This document shows positions 38,701 to 52,217 of a stretch of DNA of 64,000 bases, piece by piece (position 1 is the first letter of the stretch; every line of letters begins with the position of its first letter). The DNA lies in the NCBI RefSeq assembly GCF_001194135.2, contig NC_068992.1:2749312-2813311 (forward strand), given 5' to 3'. A model generated the notes under the pieces. It was not told the DNA's origin, did no database searches, and saw only the letters and a list, made by a program, of their open reading frames with translations. The stretch comes from Octopus bimaculoides (taxonomy: Eukaryota). Position numbers and translations under genes: made by a program.

Positions 38701-39699
38701 TTTCTTTTGGATAACATTGGTGGAATGGAGAGGGGAGGCCGGTATGCATGGGGTGACTGTTGGTCTTCCATAAATAACCTTGCCCGGACTTGTGCCTGGG
38801 AGGGTAACTTTCTAGGTACAATCCCATGGTCAGTCATGACCGAAGGGGGTCTCTACGTGTTTGTTAATTGTGCTTAGAACATATTTTTGAGATGCGCTCA
38901 ATGGAAATGACTTTATTATTTATGAAACAAAAAAAAAAAAAAACAATAATCAATATCTAACATAGTGCCATAGTGTACTTCTTGGGACCAAAATTATGGT
39001 GGGAAAAGAAAGTGACTATTATCAAAAAACTATATAAGTTCTACTGCAACAATGTGAATTAGTTATTCAATAGGCTATACTATATCCAGTTGTGCCCCAG
39101 CATGGCCTCAGTCCAGTGGCTGAAACAAGTAAAAGAAAAGCAATTAAGAGTATATACGTGTTCAGGTAGAAATAATTGGAAAGATAATTACTAATGTTTG
39201 ATTGTAATTGTTGTAAATTAGAGAAGAAAGTTAACGAGGACAGAGGTTGATGAAGGTCGCTAGTTTTGGTTTAAATAATGCGTCTTGTTTGGAGAATGGG
39301 TGAGCTAAATCGGAAGTGCTAAGAACATCTGATAGGTTTATTGGGTATGTTTAGATGGAGATAGTTTGGAGTCAGCAAGTTCTGGAGTATAATGTTCATG
39401 TGTGTTTGTGTGTTTATGTGTACACCCAAGAGGTAAAGAAAGAAAGAGAGGGAAACAGAGAGAGAGGGGGAGGTAGAGTAGATTATATTAAATTCATATC
39501 AACTAACAAACTACTTCGTTTTGGAATGGTTGATATTCATATCTGTAAGTTCTATTGAGTCTATAAAATGACACTCGTTAACATTGTGTCATAAATACAA
39601 AGAGATACCAGCATTGTTCCAGATGAATCTCACCCAATAATGACGTCTGTGCAAAGGAAACTACAGCAACGCATAAAATTTTATTATCATCACTGCTGA

Positions 39700-39860
39700 C
39701 GATGATGGTGATGATGATGGTGATGATGATGGTGATGATGATGGTGATGATGATGGTGATGATGATGGTGATGATGATGGTGATGGTGATGGTGGTGGTG
39801 ATGGTGGTGGTGGTGGTGGTAGTGGAGATGGTGGCAGTGTTGGTGGTAGTTGTCATCATC
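39700..39860 (+). repeat. Compound (GAT)n/(GGT)n microsatellite with a 12-bp higher-order unit
   Basis: Repeated GATGATGATGGT grading into (GGT)n. Similar compound trinucleotide tracts lie at about 2307-2425, 8140-8230, 17224-17345, 54160-54275 and 58500-58690. Confidence 0.85.
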
Positions 39861-41007
39861 ATTATTATTATTAAAACAAAAGAGGGAAGATAAACAACAA
39901 ACACTTTATTTTCATTTGATTATGTATTTATTTATTGGCTGTGAGTTGTTTTGATTGGTGAAATCCTCCTATATTATTATTATAGACAATATAGTGGTAG
40001 GTGGCGCTGGTGTGGGGTTAAAAAAAAAACTATTATCAATATGACCTAAGAATGAAATATTTCTATACATTTCTAACCTCTCTCTTGCTAGAAATTTGTT
40101 TTACAAGATAAAGATTTTTTTCTCATTAAATACAGAATATTATTTTGGAGAAAGAAACCGAAATTGATTCCACCATCCCCGTCTCCCCATCTTGTATCTA
40201 TCCATTCTTTACGCCTACAGGGAAAACAAAATACACACAAACACCGGACATATACAAATATACTGACATATATTCCAGGACAGATTTTCATTGTAGTCAA
40301 CAAATTTGTATGTCAAATTAATTAAGTTTATCTTTCACCCAGATGCTGTATATGCTTTCATAGTAATGTGTGTGTGTGTGTGAATATGTGTTTGTGCGTG
40401 TGAGTGTTTAATGTCTGTGTGTGAGAGTGTGTTTGATATTTGTGTATCCTTGTACTAACTTCGTTACTTCAAGGTTCCACTCGTTCTTGTTTCATTGTCT
40501 GTATATACAACTACACTTGACTGCATTCATCAACAATCCAAGTTTTATCAACGTAGACCTCATTGTCAACACAGCGACTGGCATGATGATAAAGATGATT
40601 ATAATTGTAATCGTTATCATATTATACAATGGTTGTTATCATACTTGTCAACATCCTCGTCATATTCTTGGTTTCATTTACAATCAATTATATAAGTGTA
40701 GTTATGGAGTTTTTAACCATTCTTATTTTCTAAAACATATTAACATAAAATTAAATGATATGGCCGTGTATGAGTATGTGTTGACTGTTCTCTTAAACAT
40801 GAGCTGTACAAGATGTAGCTGTTGAGTCCTGCTAGGAATCTACACTCTTTGCACAGATGTGACAATAATGGGCACCTCTAGCAACAGGTGTTCAGTGAGC
40901 TCACCACCCATGCTGACACATGCCTTCATTTCAGAATGGAATATTTTATTGAGTGTTTGGTCCTTTTGTGGTTATGGCCAGCCATAATATTCAACACATA
41001 ATAGACA

Positions 41008-41680
41008 GGGCAATGGCCCAGTGGTGAGGGCAGTGGTGAGGGCAGTGGTGAGGGCAGTGGTGAGGGCAGTGGTGAGGGCAGTGGTGAGGGCAGTGGTNNN
41101 NNNNNNNNNNNNNNNNNNNNNNNNNNNNNNNNNNNNNNNNNNNNNNNNNNNNNNNNNNNNNNNNNNNNNNNNNNNNNNNNNNNNNNNNNNNNNNNNNNNN
41201 NNNNNNNNNNNNNNNNNNNNNNNNNNNNNNNNNNNNNNNNNNNNNNNNNNNNNNNNNNNNNNNNNNNNNNNNNNNNNNNNNNNNNNNNNNNNNNNNNNNN
41301 NNNCAGTGGTGAGGGCAGTGGTGAGGGCAGTGGTAAGGGCAGTGGACTCAAGGTCATAGAATTACAGTTTTGATTCCCAGACTGGGCATTGTTAGTGTTT
41401 ATTATGAGGCTGCACTAGGGGGTGGTGGTGAACCCTGCTGTACTCTTTCACCACAACTTTCTCTCACTCTTTCTTCCTGTTTCTGTTGTACTTGTATTTC
41501 AAAGGGCCAGCCTTGTCACACTTTGGGTCACACTGAATCTCCACCGAGAACTACGTTAAGGGTACACGTTTGACTGTGGAGTGCTCAGCCACTTGCACGT
41601 TAATTTCACAAGCTGGCTGTTCTGTCGATCCGCTCAACTGAAACCCTCGTCATCATAACCGATGGAGGGCCACGACAACT
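41008..41680 (+). mobile_element. SINE family A with a 12-bp tandem array expanded inside its head
   Basis: GCAATGGCC(CAGTGGTGAGGG)n...CAGTGGACTCAAGGTC..., followed by a family A body as at 1535-1889. Confidence 0.8.
41019..41339 (+). repeat. 12-bp minisatellite (CAGTGGTGAGGG)n spanning a gap
   Basis: Six full units plus a partial unit before the gap (41098-41303) and three units after it. Confidence 0.9.
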
Positions 41681-42964
41681 GGATGAATTAGCAATGATTG
41701 TTATGTGCAGCTTCCATAGAGAACCTATCTGCAGGCTAATCAACCCACTTCATAGTTGTACAAAACAAATTGGACCCATATGTGTCTGTCTGTGTGTCTG
41801 TGTGTGTTTGTACCGATATGGTACGAGTGTGTGTGAGTGTGTTCATGTGTGTCTGTGTGTCTGTACAATCATTTATATAATGATTTTTTTTATTAAATGG
41901 TTTTATTAGTTTATTCCTTTTGTTCTTGTTTTCTTTTCATGTTTCTAATTATGTAATGGATCTTTTCTGTTTTATTTTTTATTATTTGTGGAAGCAATTT
42001 ACCATTCCTATTACGCATCAGTAACAGCAGTAACATAATAAACCACCACCACCACCACCACCACTGCCACCACCACTACCTCCACCACTTCCTCCCCTTT
42101 TTTATTTCCATCCTCATAGATTTATTGTCAATATTTAGTGTTGACGGTGGCGAGCTGGCAGAATGGTTAGCATGCTGGGAAAAATGCTTAGTGGCATTTT
42201 GTCTGTCCTTAGGTCCTGAGTTCAAATTCTGTTGAAGTCAACTTTACTTCTCATCCTTTCAGAGTTTGATAAAATAAATACCAGTTGAACGCTGGGGTCA
42301 TTGTAATCGACTTAACCCCTCCCCTGAAATTGCTGGCCTTGTGCCAATGTTGATAGTGTTGATTCTAAGACAGTGAGTTGATAAAATCATTCTCGCACCA
42401 GGCAAAATGCTTCACAGCATTTTGTCCATTTTTACTTTGTAAATTCAAATGCTGTCAGGGTCGAGATTGCTTTTCATCCGTTTGGGGTTGACAAAATAAG
42501 TACCAGTTGAATACTGGGGTTGATGTAATTGCTAACCTTGAGCCAAAATTTGAGACTAATATTTATTCTGTTCTTGATAGTCCTCCCACCCCAGTGTCTA
42601 ACTAAAAGTTTGGAGAAGTGAAATTCCTAAAACCTTGTTTCAAATCTCATGTAGAATTACATTTTAACTAAGCTTCATATTAAAGGCTTTTCTAAAAAAT
42701 AAAAACATAGCCAAATTTTTATTTCTCCTTCTAAAAGTTTTGTTGAACATTTGTGATAAAGAAATGTTTTTTTTTTCTTTTTGCGAGTCTAAAAGGGGAC
42801 AAGTATGTGATCACTCAAGCAAAAACAGTAACGCAATCGCCCTCAAATCCCCTCAAACTATTTCATTGACAGAATCCATTAGGTGGAAGATATTTGATTA
42901 CAGGTTTGCTTTGAGAGAACCAATTTGAAGCTAAATAATAATTAACAACATATGTTAAATAAGA

Positions 42965-43262
42965 AATATATGGCATTTGGTTAGGGGTTAGGGTTTTTTG
43001 GCTCACGATCATAAGGTTGTGAGTTCAATTCCCGGCGACACATTGTGTTCTTGAGCAAGACACTTTATTTCATGTTGCTCCAGTTCACTCAACTGGCAAA
43101 AATGAGTAGTACCTGTATTCCAAAGGGGTCAGCCTTGTCACATTCTGTGGCATGCTGAATCTCCCTGAGAACTACATTAAGGGTACACATGCCCATCAAT
43201 TTCACAAGCAGACTGTTCTGTTGATCGGATCAGCTGGAAAACTCATCATTATAACAAACAGA
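42965..43262 (+). mobile_element. SINE family A variant
   Basis: tRNA-like head with GAGTTCAATTCCC, TGTGTTCTTGAGCAAGACACTT core and the family A 3' body. Confidence 0.75.
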
Positions 43263-43783
43263 GAACCAGTTTAAATATGGCACTGGAATCAGTTCTAAGA
43301 AATACCAGTAAAAGCTATTTATAGCAGAGTCTATCATACTTGGTATTCTTTGAAGACAAGATGAGATTTGACATCGGTGGTCATAAATGTGGACCGCATC
43401 CCCTTTCATCTTTTTTTTTTTTTTACAGAATCTGATTCTGCCAAAAAATGGCATTTAAAATTTTTTCTATTTTTCAGTATCATAATCTCCATATTTTTCT
43501 TTGTATTTTGCACAATAAAATTACTGAACAAAGTGAAAATTGAAGAATTNNNNNNNNNNNNNNNNNNNNNNNNNNNNNNNNNNNNNNNNNNNNNNNNNNN
43601 NNNNNNNNNNNNNNNNNNNNNNNNNNNNNNNNNNNNNNNCTCCATACTCAAAAATGGGGGATTCTGAAACAAAAATTTTTTAAATTAAAAATAAAATGGG
43701 GCAGTGGGATGTAGCCCACATTTTTTTATATCCACCCTATATCCTGGTCTATTCTATAAACATTGCAACTGAAAGTCAATAAC

Positions 43784-43846
<63 letters not shown>

Positions 43847-44607
43847 TGAAACCCCATTAAATATGAAGTGTGATTACGGATCGTCAGCAATTGAAATTGC
43901 ACTAAACACAATACAATATATTTTAACAGCTCAGCTACTGGATACACCGTATCTTAAAGATTCATCATGAAGCGATACTATAATAGACTCCGTAACATAC
44001 AGTCTATCTTAATGACATAATGATAGAGTCTATATTGTGTCTGAAATGTATGAAAAAAGGAAACGCATTACATTCAATAATATAATTAAGACAGCAGGAA
44101 AATGGCAAAAACAAAGAGCAGAATATATCTGGGTGTATATAAATATATCTCTGTGTTTATGTATGTGTTTATGCATATATGTTCGTGTTTGTGTGCGTAT
44201 GTTTGTGTTTATGTGTGTGTGTGTGTGTGTCGTCATTTGTAATTGGTATACATTGTTAAACAGTATATTGAAAGTAAAAATAATGATAGTTTCTGCTGCA
44301 TAAGTGTCCCTATCTTTATTGTAATTGTGAAAAGAGTTGTGTTCTGTTATCAGAAACACTAACAAATCTATAATATGATTCTCAGTTACAAGTTTATCAT
44401 TATTTTTCAAAATAATGTTTACAAAAGTATTCCATTTAACATTGTTTATGTGATAAGCTTTAAGTATTATTTAACTAACACATATACGCATGTACACACA
44501 GACACACACACACATATATACTCATATATACATGCCTATAGACACCCACATAAATATATTTACTTGTATACACACACACATATACATGTACATATGTATA
44601 CATATAC

Positions 44608-44679
<72 letters not shown>

Positions 44680-44727
44680 TTACTAACAAACACATGCACT
44701 TACAAGACATATATATATGTATATATG

Positions 44728-44914
44728 TACTGCCTGATTGGCACTTGTGCCAGTGGAATGTTAAAAGCACATCCGAGTGTGATCATTACCAGGGCCACAG
44801 ATTGGCTCCCATGCCGGTGGCACGTAAAAAGCACCATTCAAGTGTGAACATTGCCTGTGTCACCTTACTGGCACATGCCAGCATGGAAAGCAGACGTTAA
44901 ACAACAATGATGAT

Positions 44915-44916
<2 letters not shown>
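44728..44916 (+). mobile_element. Internally deleted RTE-tailed retroposon copy
   Basis: Near reverse complement of 22370-22586; ends GGAAAGCAGACGTTAAACAACAATGATGATG. Confidence 0.7.
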
Positions 44917-44953
<37 letters not shown>

Positions 44954-45306
44954 GCACATATATATGTAATATCTTGGCCTAATGAGTATACGTCAGTTAG
45001 TGTGCTGATGTGTTGAGTAAAGCACTGCCACGGTTTGGGCTACCTGGTGTTATCCGCAGTCAGGATATATTTCCATTGGATCTATTTTAGGAATTCCGCA
45101 AATAACAGCACGACTGCCCCAAACTCAGGATCTTTAAGTCAGACACCACTTTATGTATGGATGTACTTGATGTAACCCAGACTGCATAATGGGTGTAACA
45201 CAACCTGTTGCATGGAGTCCCTCCCATAAGGGACAGTAGCAGGATAGGTTGAAATTGCCGTACGAAATAATAACTAATACTAAAACCATTTTCTGGTTAC
45301 TTAATC

Positions 45307-45394
<88 letters not shown>

Positions 45395-47060
45395 GTATGG
45401 ACGTGCATGCGTATGTATGTATACAAGCACATATGCACACACACACACAAATGACTTCCTAGAAGTAAACTACAGGAGAACATAGTTGTCATTTAGACCC
45501 AAATCAACCCTTAGCACAGGTATCAAGGTAGTGAAAGTCTGACTATCCCTTTATAGGGGTATCTTGACTAAATTATCCAGTATGTCCTTCTTTCTTTTTA
45601 AGATAGTAGGCAGATTTGATTTGAGAGTAACTTCTATTTTTAACACGTTGAGTGAATGCCCAGAGGCATTCCTCCCAGGAAATGCTTCATAAAATACCTC
45701 TAGGCATTTCTCCTCAGGAAAGATCAGGATACTTGAAGCCTCTCTCATATCTAATTCAAAGCAAATACATTCTCCTTACTATGGACAATCAGTAAATATT
45801 TGAGCAAACCTTGTGGTTAATTCATTAAATTCACTTAATTATATAACTTCTCCATCTGTCTCCCTTCTTCATTTTAGTGAAATAATATTTCCTTTAATGA
45901 ATCCCCCAACAAAATCTGTTTCTCCATATCTATGAAAGACAACCTACTTGACTCTACGACAAGATGCGGAATCATTTGGTAGTTAAATTTGATTAAGCTT
46001 CTGGCCATTTACTTAGTTGGAGAGTGCTGTCATCAATTAACTTAACCAAAACTGATCAGTTCCTGTTGACCTTCGAAGGATGGAATATAAATTCAACATT
46101 GGCAATTTGGAACCCAGAAATGAGGAATACTTAGCAAGTGATCCTGATCAAAATGAAGTTGTTGCTTGTTGCTTCTTGCAACAATATAAGCAAATACATA
46201 ATACTTTGAAGGACTATTTTTACAGTGTTGTGTTAATATCTTCCAATTGACACCAGTTAAAAGACCCTCGAGATTGCTTCCTCTCCTTCAATATGATTGA
46301 GAATGTGATTATGTCCAAGACTTCATAAATATGTATACACTTGATATTTGTCTGGTTGATGAAATATTAGTTAAGAAAATAGTCTGCCTCCATTGAAACT
46401 AAGATCAGCTTTGTCGAGAGACATTTCATTGAATTTAGTCAATAGTTTTCATTGATTTGTTCACAATTAAACTATCTAAGAGAAATATCAGTGACTAAAG
46501 TATTTCGTTTAGTTTACTAAACCATTTCCTCTGCAAACTAATTGTTACATTACTATATTCTGTGCAATTTAAAGAAGCCTAAACTCATACATTTCAAACA
46601 TAATGACTTGTAAGTACAATATGGTGTGTAGCTAAGCTGGTCAACTTCTGACGTCAGTGGAGAGAGTTTAGCCCTTAAAGTCATAACACCACAATTGTTT
46701 CACGCTAACTCTCTCCAGTTTATTTTTAGTTCCCAATTGTTCGTTTTAACAATGGGAAAGACAACACTCAACAGAGAAACAATCGCTCTAAAAGCACATA
46801 TATATATATGTGTATATATGTGTGTGTGTGGGTCCGTCCATCTGTCCTTGTATCTTTACTTGTTTTTCAATCTTTGGACTGCGGCCTTGCTGGAGCACTG
46901 CCTTGAAGAATTTTGGTTGGACGAATCAACCCCACTGCTTACTCTTTTACTTATTTCAGTCATTTGACTGCAGCCATGCTGGAGTACCACTTTAAACGGG
47001 TTTTTTAGTACACACTATAAGAAACAGTCTCTTAAATGATTAGAGGGTCCACAAATAGCA

Positions 47061-47170
47061 ATTGATAGCTTTTGTTATCTGGGAGATGTAATTAGCAAGG
47101 AAGGTGGTTGTTCTGAAATTATAACAATCAGAATAAGAATGTGTTAAGAGAATGTTCAGGGAACTACTAC
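47061..47170 (+). mobile_element. RTE LINE reverse-transcriptase C-terminal fragment
   Basis: IDSFCYLGDVISKEGGCSEIITIRIRMC* matches the RTE F-x-YLG...R-I motif. Confidence 0.65.
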
Positions 47171-49564
47171 GAATTCTGCTATACCCCTACAGAACTGAAA
47201 TTATCTGGAATGTTCCCTTCATTGCCAAAATCATTGGCATATATCTAGAAGATGTGGTCACAGAAATTTGTTTTTACCTCTTTCTAAATCTCCACATCAA
47301 TAATATTTGATGCTCTACAAATTTTGCCATAAGGCTACAATAAAAGTTATTTATTTGTTTATATGACAAATGTAAATACATATAATGTGTGTGTGTGTGT
47401 GTGTATGTTTTATATAAATAGTTGTCTATAATATATATGTGCATGAGTGTTTACAGAAACACACACACAAACGAGGGAAGCTTGAACCAGTGAGCTAACC
47501 TCTGTGTTGTTACGCACACACTTCACTATCTTCTACCACAAGTAAGGTCATAATGGATGATGTAGTTGTAGATATACAAAGAAACCAGATGGTCACAGTT
47601 GAAATGTTTTTGATCAAAGATCTGCTTGATGATGGCTGACATGAGATTAAACAATAACAACAACAATGAAACAATACAATTGATTATTATCACATGAACA
47701 GCACACAAAGCACCAACTTGGTCGTGATTGAAATAAACAGACACCACACAGACGGACACCACCCCACACTCATTTCTATCTACCTTGTCATAATGATGAC
47801 AAACTTCTAAATGCTTGAGTTCTATGCAATCACATGAATAACTGATTGATGTTTAAATAATCAGAAGAGGAGTATTGTTGATTATATTAATCCTGGTTTA
47901 TGAATAGTACTTTATTTTATGAACACCAGGGGGATAAAATGGAAAGTAAATCTTGGTGTGGCAACTAAATCTTGTTTTTCATGTTTCCTGGTGCTCTCAT
48001 GATTAAATCAATCTATTTCTTTGATCTGTCATAGAAAAATCATTAAAACTGAGGATCCTTCAGTGCAGTGGTTCTGAACCAGGGTCCGGTTGGCCCCTGA
48101 GGGTCCACACAAGCAAGATTTTTGGAAGTCCCTGCAACAAAATAGAAAACTGAGTTACCTCAAAATATTTTGATGAATGTATTTTGTATGTTTTGCAAGA
48201 AAGAGTTTGGTTTCTTTCTCAAACATTTTACATCGTTCATCCTACGACAAGTGAATGTGTGAAAAATGAAATAGAAATTTTGAAAAGTGGCCCTTCCCAC
48301 GCACTCCAACATGCACTAATACTTGTCCCTATCATAACTTCCCTGCTTAGATACTTACAAGCATCATGAACGGCAATGAGAGCCTCATATCTACTTTATC
48401 TCGTGAAATATGTTATATACTCTCTCCTCCTCCTCCTCCTCCTCCTCCTCCTCATCATCATCATCATCATCATCATCCTTCCTCTTCTCTTAACTTAATT
48501 TTACACTCTGATGGAGAATAGGACATCTCAGTATTACAAAAATTAAAACTTTTCACCGACGGATTGTAATTTGAGGGAGATTTGGCTGTTATGTTTAAAA
48601 GGTGTAATGACCCCCATAGAAGCTAACTTAAATATTAATTAGTAGTGGCTCTTTTGTATGTTTCTCCATGCCCAGTCCTCCTCCTAACTTCACACTCTGA
48701 TGGAAACCAAGACAGCTCAGCATCACAAAAGTTAAGACATTTCATACTTGTTACATCAATCAAAGATGCACGCACATACACATACATTCACAGACACACA
48801 TATATATACACACATACAAATAAGTTAATACACATAATCAAATAAGCATATAAAGGGAAAAAAATACATAAAACAAAAAGAATTCTCTTTGGCTTCTCTT
48901 GACATTTTATTTGTATCTATTTCATTGTTGTTGTTATAACCATTTCTGAGTTTAAGAACCTCATAGTTCGTCTTTGAAGTATTTTGCAATGATAGGTTTT
49001 GCCCTCTTCAACTTGGAGAATTCCAACTGGAAATAGGTTTTCTCATAAAAAAATAATTAAAAAGCAGACATAAAAATCCAATGTCAGAAGGAATTTGTGT
49101 GAAGGTTTACAGAAATTTCTGTAATTAACACTAAATTCTTCACCATCAAATAGTCTTAAACAATATTGAAACCCCTCAAATCTTTAATTATTTATACAAG
49201 TTGACAGGTTTTGGAGAAAAAGAGTGTTTGGTTTCTCTTTATAAGAGGCCATTACAAGTAATTTTGATGGTATTTTTCTGATAATTATGCAAAGAACATT
49301 TACGAAAATCCCAAAGATAATTCACTTATGGATCGATTGCTTTTTATTCCATTTACTAAACATAGTTATATAGAGATTATTGTATATATGTACATACATA
49401 CGCGTGTGTGTGTGTACGTACATATATATATATATATATATATATGTTCTCCTGGGGCTAAAAGCTACAGTAGCATTCGCCCTTAGGGTTTAGCCGCATT
49501 TAAGTGGCAAATATACTTCACGTTGTCGAGCAACTACTGTTTATACCTCGTTCAGAGATTTAAC

Positions 49565-49612
<48 letters not shown>

Positions 49613-49638
49613 ATAATAATTTCCCTAAAACTATATAT

Positions 49639-49671
<33 letters not shown>

Positions 49672-50600
49672 AATGTATATATATATATAGAATATTGTGT
49701 GTGTGTGTGTAATAAGAAAAGAGATGACAAAGAAATAAACAATTATCTTGTGAACTCCATTAGCTTACAGTTGTTTCTGCTATGAGATGCAGAGCAACAT
49801 CTTACAGTTTCATCAGAGCCCACGTTATTAGTATCACAATGCCTAAGCAAAATAATGTTTTGTACTCTAAGCACAAGGCCCAAAATTTTGGGGGAGAGAG
49901 CCCAGTCGATTAGATCGACCCCAGTATTAAGATTCTGTGGTTCCAATAATGTTTAAATTTCTATCAAGGAATACAACAGTTATTGTACAAGTGGTTTGTT
50001 GAATCTGTTGATTGTCTTCATTGGGCGGATCTGTTTGCTTCGAATTAATTACATCTATCCAAAATACCAACAAACACATTTACTAACTTTAAAATTGATG
50101 ACAATAAATAAGATGAAATGGAAAACTAGAAGACATCTAACATTCTAATATTTATTTCTACTTCAAATCAATACAACCTCGGGTGGAGAGATTTTCCTCA
50201 AAATAGTAAAGACTTCAAGAAATCATTCTTAGAGAAACAAATTCTAGTGATTGACAAAGTTAAGAAATCAGCAGACTCTTGCGAGTTTATAAATAGAAAA
50301 TTCCAAAGTCTGTACAGGTTCTCTATGTCAATATGAATATGATCAAGTCTTTCGGAATTACTATTTCCAAGCCAGTGACTTCTAAGATAGCTTAAGTAAG
50401 AAGTGACTGAGTCTGGAAAGCTTTAGCCTTCAGATCGCTTCTCAAACTTGAGTTTATTCTGAGCTTTGTTTACTACAGTCTGTCTGTGTGTAACATTGTA
50501 TTTTATGTGCATATCAAATAATATGTAGTCACGCGAGTGTGTTGCTGCTGTTCTTACTGCTGCTGCTGCTGCTGTGTATATATCTATATATCTATATTTA

Positions 50601-50675
<75 letters not shown>

Positions 50676-52004
50676 CAGCATGCATTTCTGTCAGTATAAA
50701 CTACATAATTCATATGTATGTTCTTTTTTTGTGTACTTTATCTATGGTATTATTCTTTATAGATATGCATACATTTGCATATTATATTTAGATCGAATCA
50801 ATGCTTCGGTTTGCATGCATTTGACACATCTATATTTCTGCATGCGTATGCATGTATGTATGTTAATATTCAGTTTTATTTTAAGATATGTATGTATGTA
50901 TGTATGTATGTACATGTGTGCACAAAAGAAGCTATGTCTGCATTTTTCAGAGTCAGCATACTTTGTCTTTTTGATGAATTTATATATATATAGTTTTGTG
51001 TGTTAATCTTTGTGTGTATATATATATTTATTTGTGTAGATCTTTGTGTGTGTGTACGTGTGTGTATGTGTGTGCATGCATGTGTGTGTGTGTGTCTTGA
51101 TCTGTGAGTGTGTGAATAATATCTAACATTTTGTAAGTAAAGACATGTCTTCATTCATTATTTCTGTCATCATAAAATGATTTCAGCTTAAATATTTTTA
51201 TGCCCTTAATCTATAGCATAACATTATACGATTTCCATTCTAAAGAACTACTCAACTTTAATTCATTAAGAGGAGACAAACGGTGCTCTACATTGATTCA
51301 CTTAAAGGTTTTCCTTAAGAAAATACATTTCATTCAAGACTTCAAATATCTATTTATTAATTAGATTTTTTTACCTTTGGATTGCTTTCATGGTTTCATA
51401 CAAAATCTTCTCTCTAGTCCTAAATTCAGCTGGTGATTTTTCTTTTTTTTTTTTGAATTATCTATTTTAATGGGGTATGTTTTAGTGAGAGAGGGAGAGA
51501 GAGAGCATGTATGTGTGTGTTTGTGTATGATAGGACATGTGCTGTGTTGATATATTCAATAGCAGGAGTGTGCTGTTTATATTTATGCCACAGTAATCTT
51601 TTCCATGGTTGCCATTGTATATTGTTTAAATGACAACGTCATATCCTGTCGTAGTGGATGGTGTTACATCAGTGACATGTCTGGGGGGAAAATTGCTGAT
51701 TACATGTTGCATGACCTCCACAGAAAAGTGACATAATCAATGTTTACAGCTGTGTCTTGTGAATTTAAGGGTCTTATTAACTTATTTGTTCATTTGATAT
51801 TGTGTAGCTATCACCTACCTTCGGATTTCAAAAGCATTACCTTCAAAATTTGATGTGATATAAAAGTCATGTGTCAAAGACAGGATAATGGTATTACTTC
51901 ATGTAATCTTACTATCCTCTCCGAGTTTGTAGGAAACCTATCCATGCATTACATTTTTAAGATACACTGAATATTTCTCCTCCAAGTCTCAACTGCCCCT
52001 AATA

Positions 52005-52217
52005 AGAATCTTCCAGGAAATCCTTCCTCCCATTCCTCCCCTTCTCTCAACTGCTCCTACTGGGAATTTTCCAGGAAGTTCTTCCTCCTCTTATTCTTCC
52101 TTTGAACTTTCCAGGATGTCCTTCCTCCACTTCCTTCTCTCAACTCCCCTCCTTGGAATTTTCCAGGAGGTCCTTCCTCTCCTCCTGCCCCTCCCCCTAC
52201 TTGGAATTTTCTCACAG
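52005..52217 (+). repeat. Pyrimidine-rich degenerate minisatellite with four TTCCAGGA cores
   Basis: Cores at 52011, 52069, 52109 and 52161. Confidence 0.6.

Noticed and set aside
41019-41339. CRISPR-like or telomeric array
   Set aside because: No spacers, not TTAGGG, and derivable from the SINE head; eukaryotic context.
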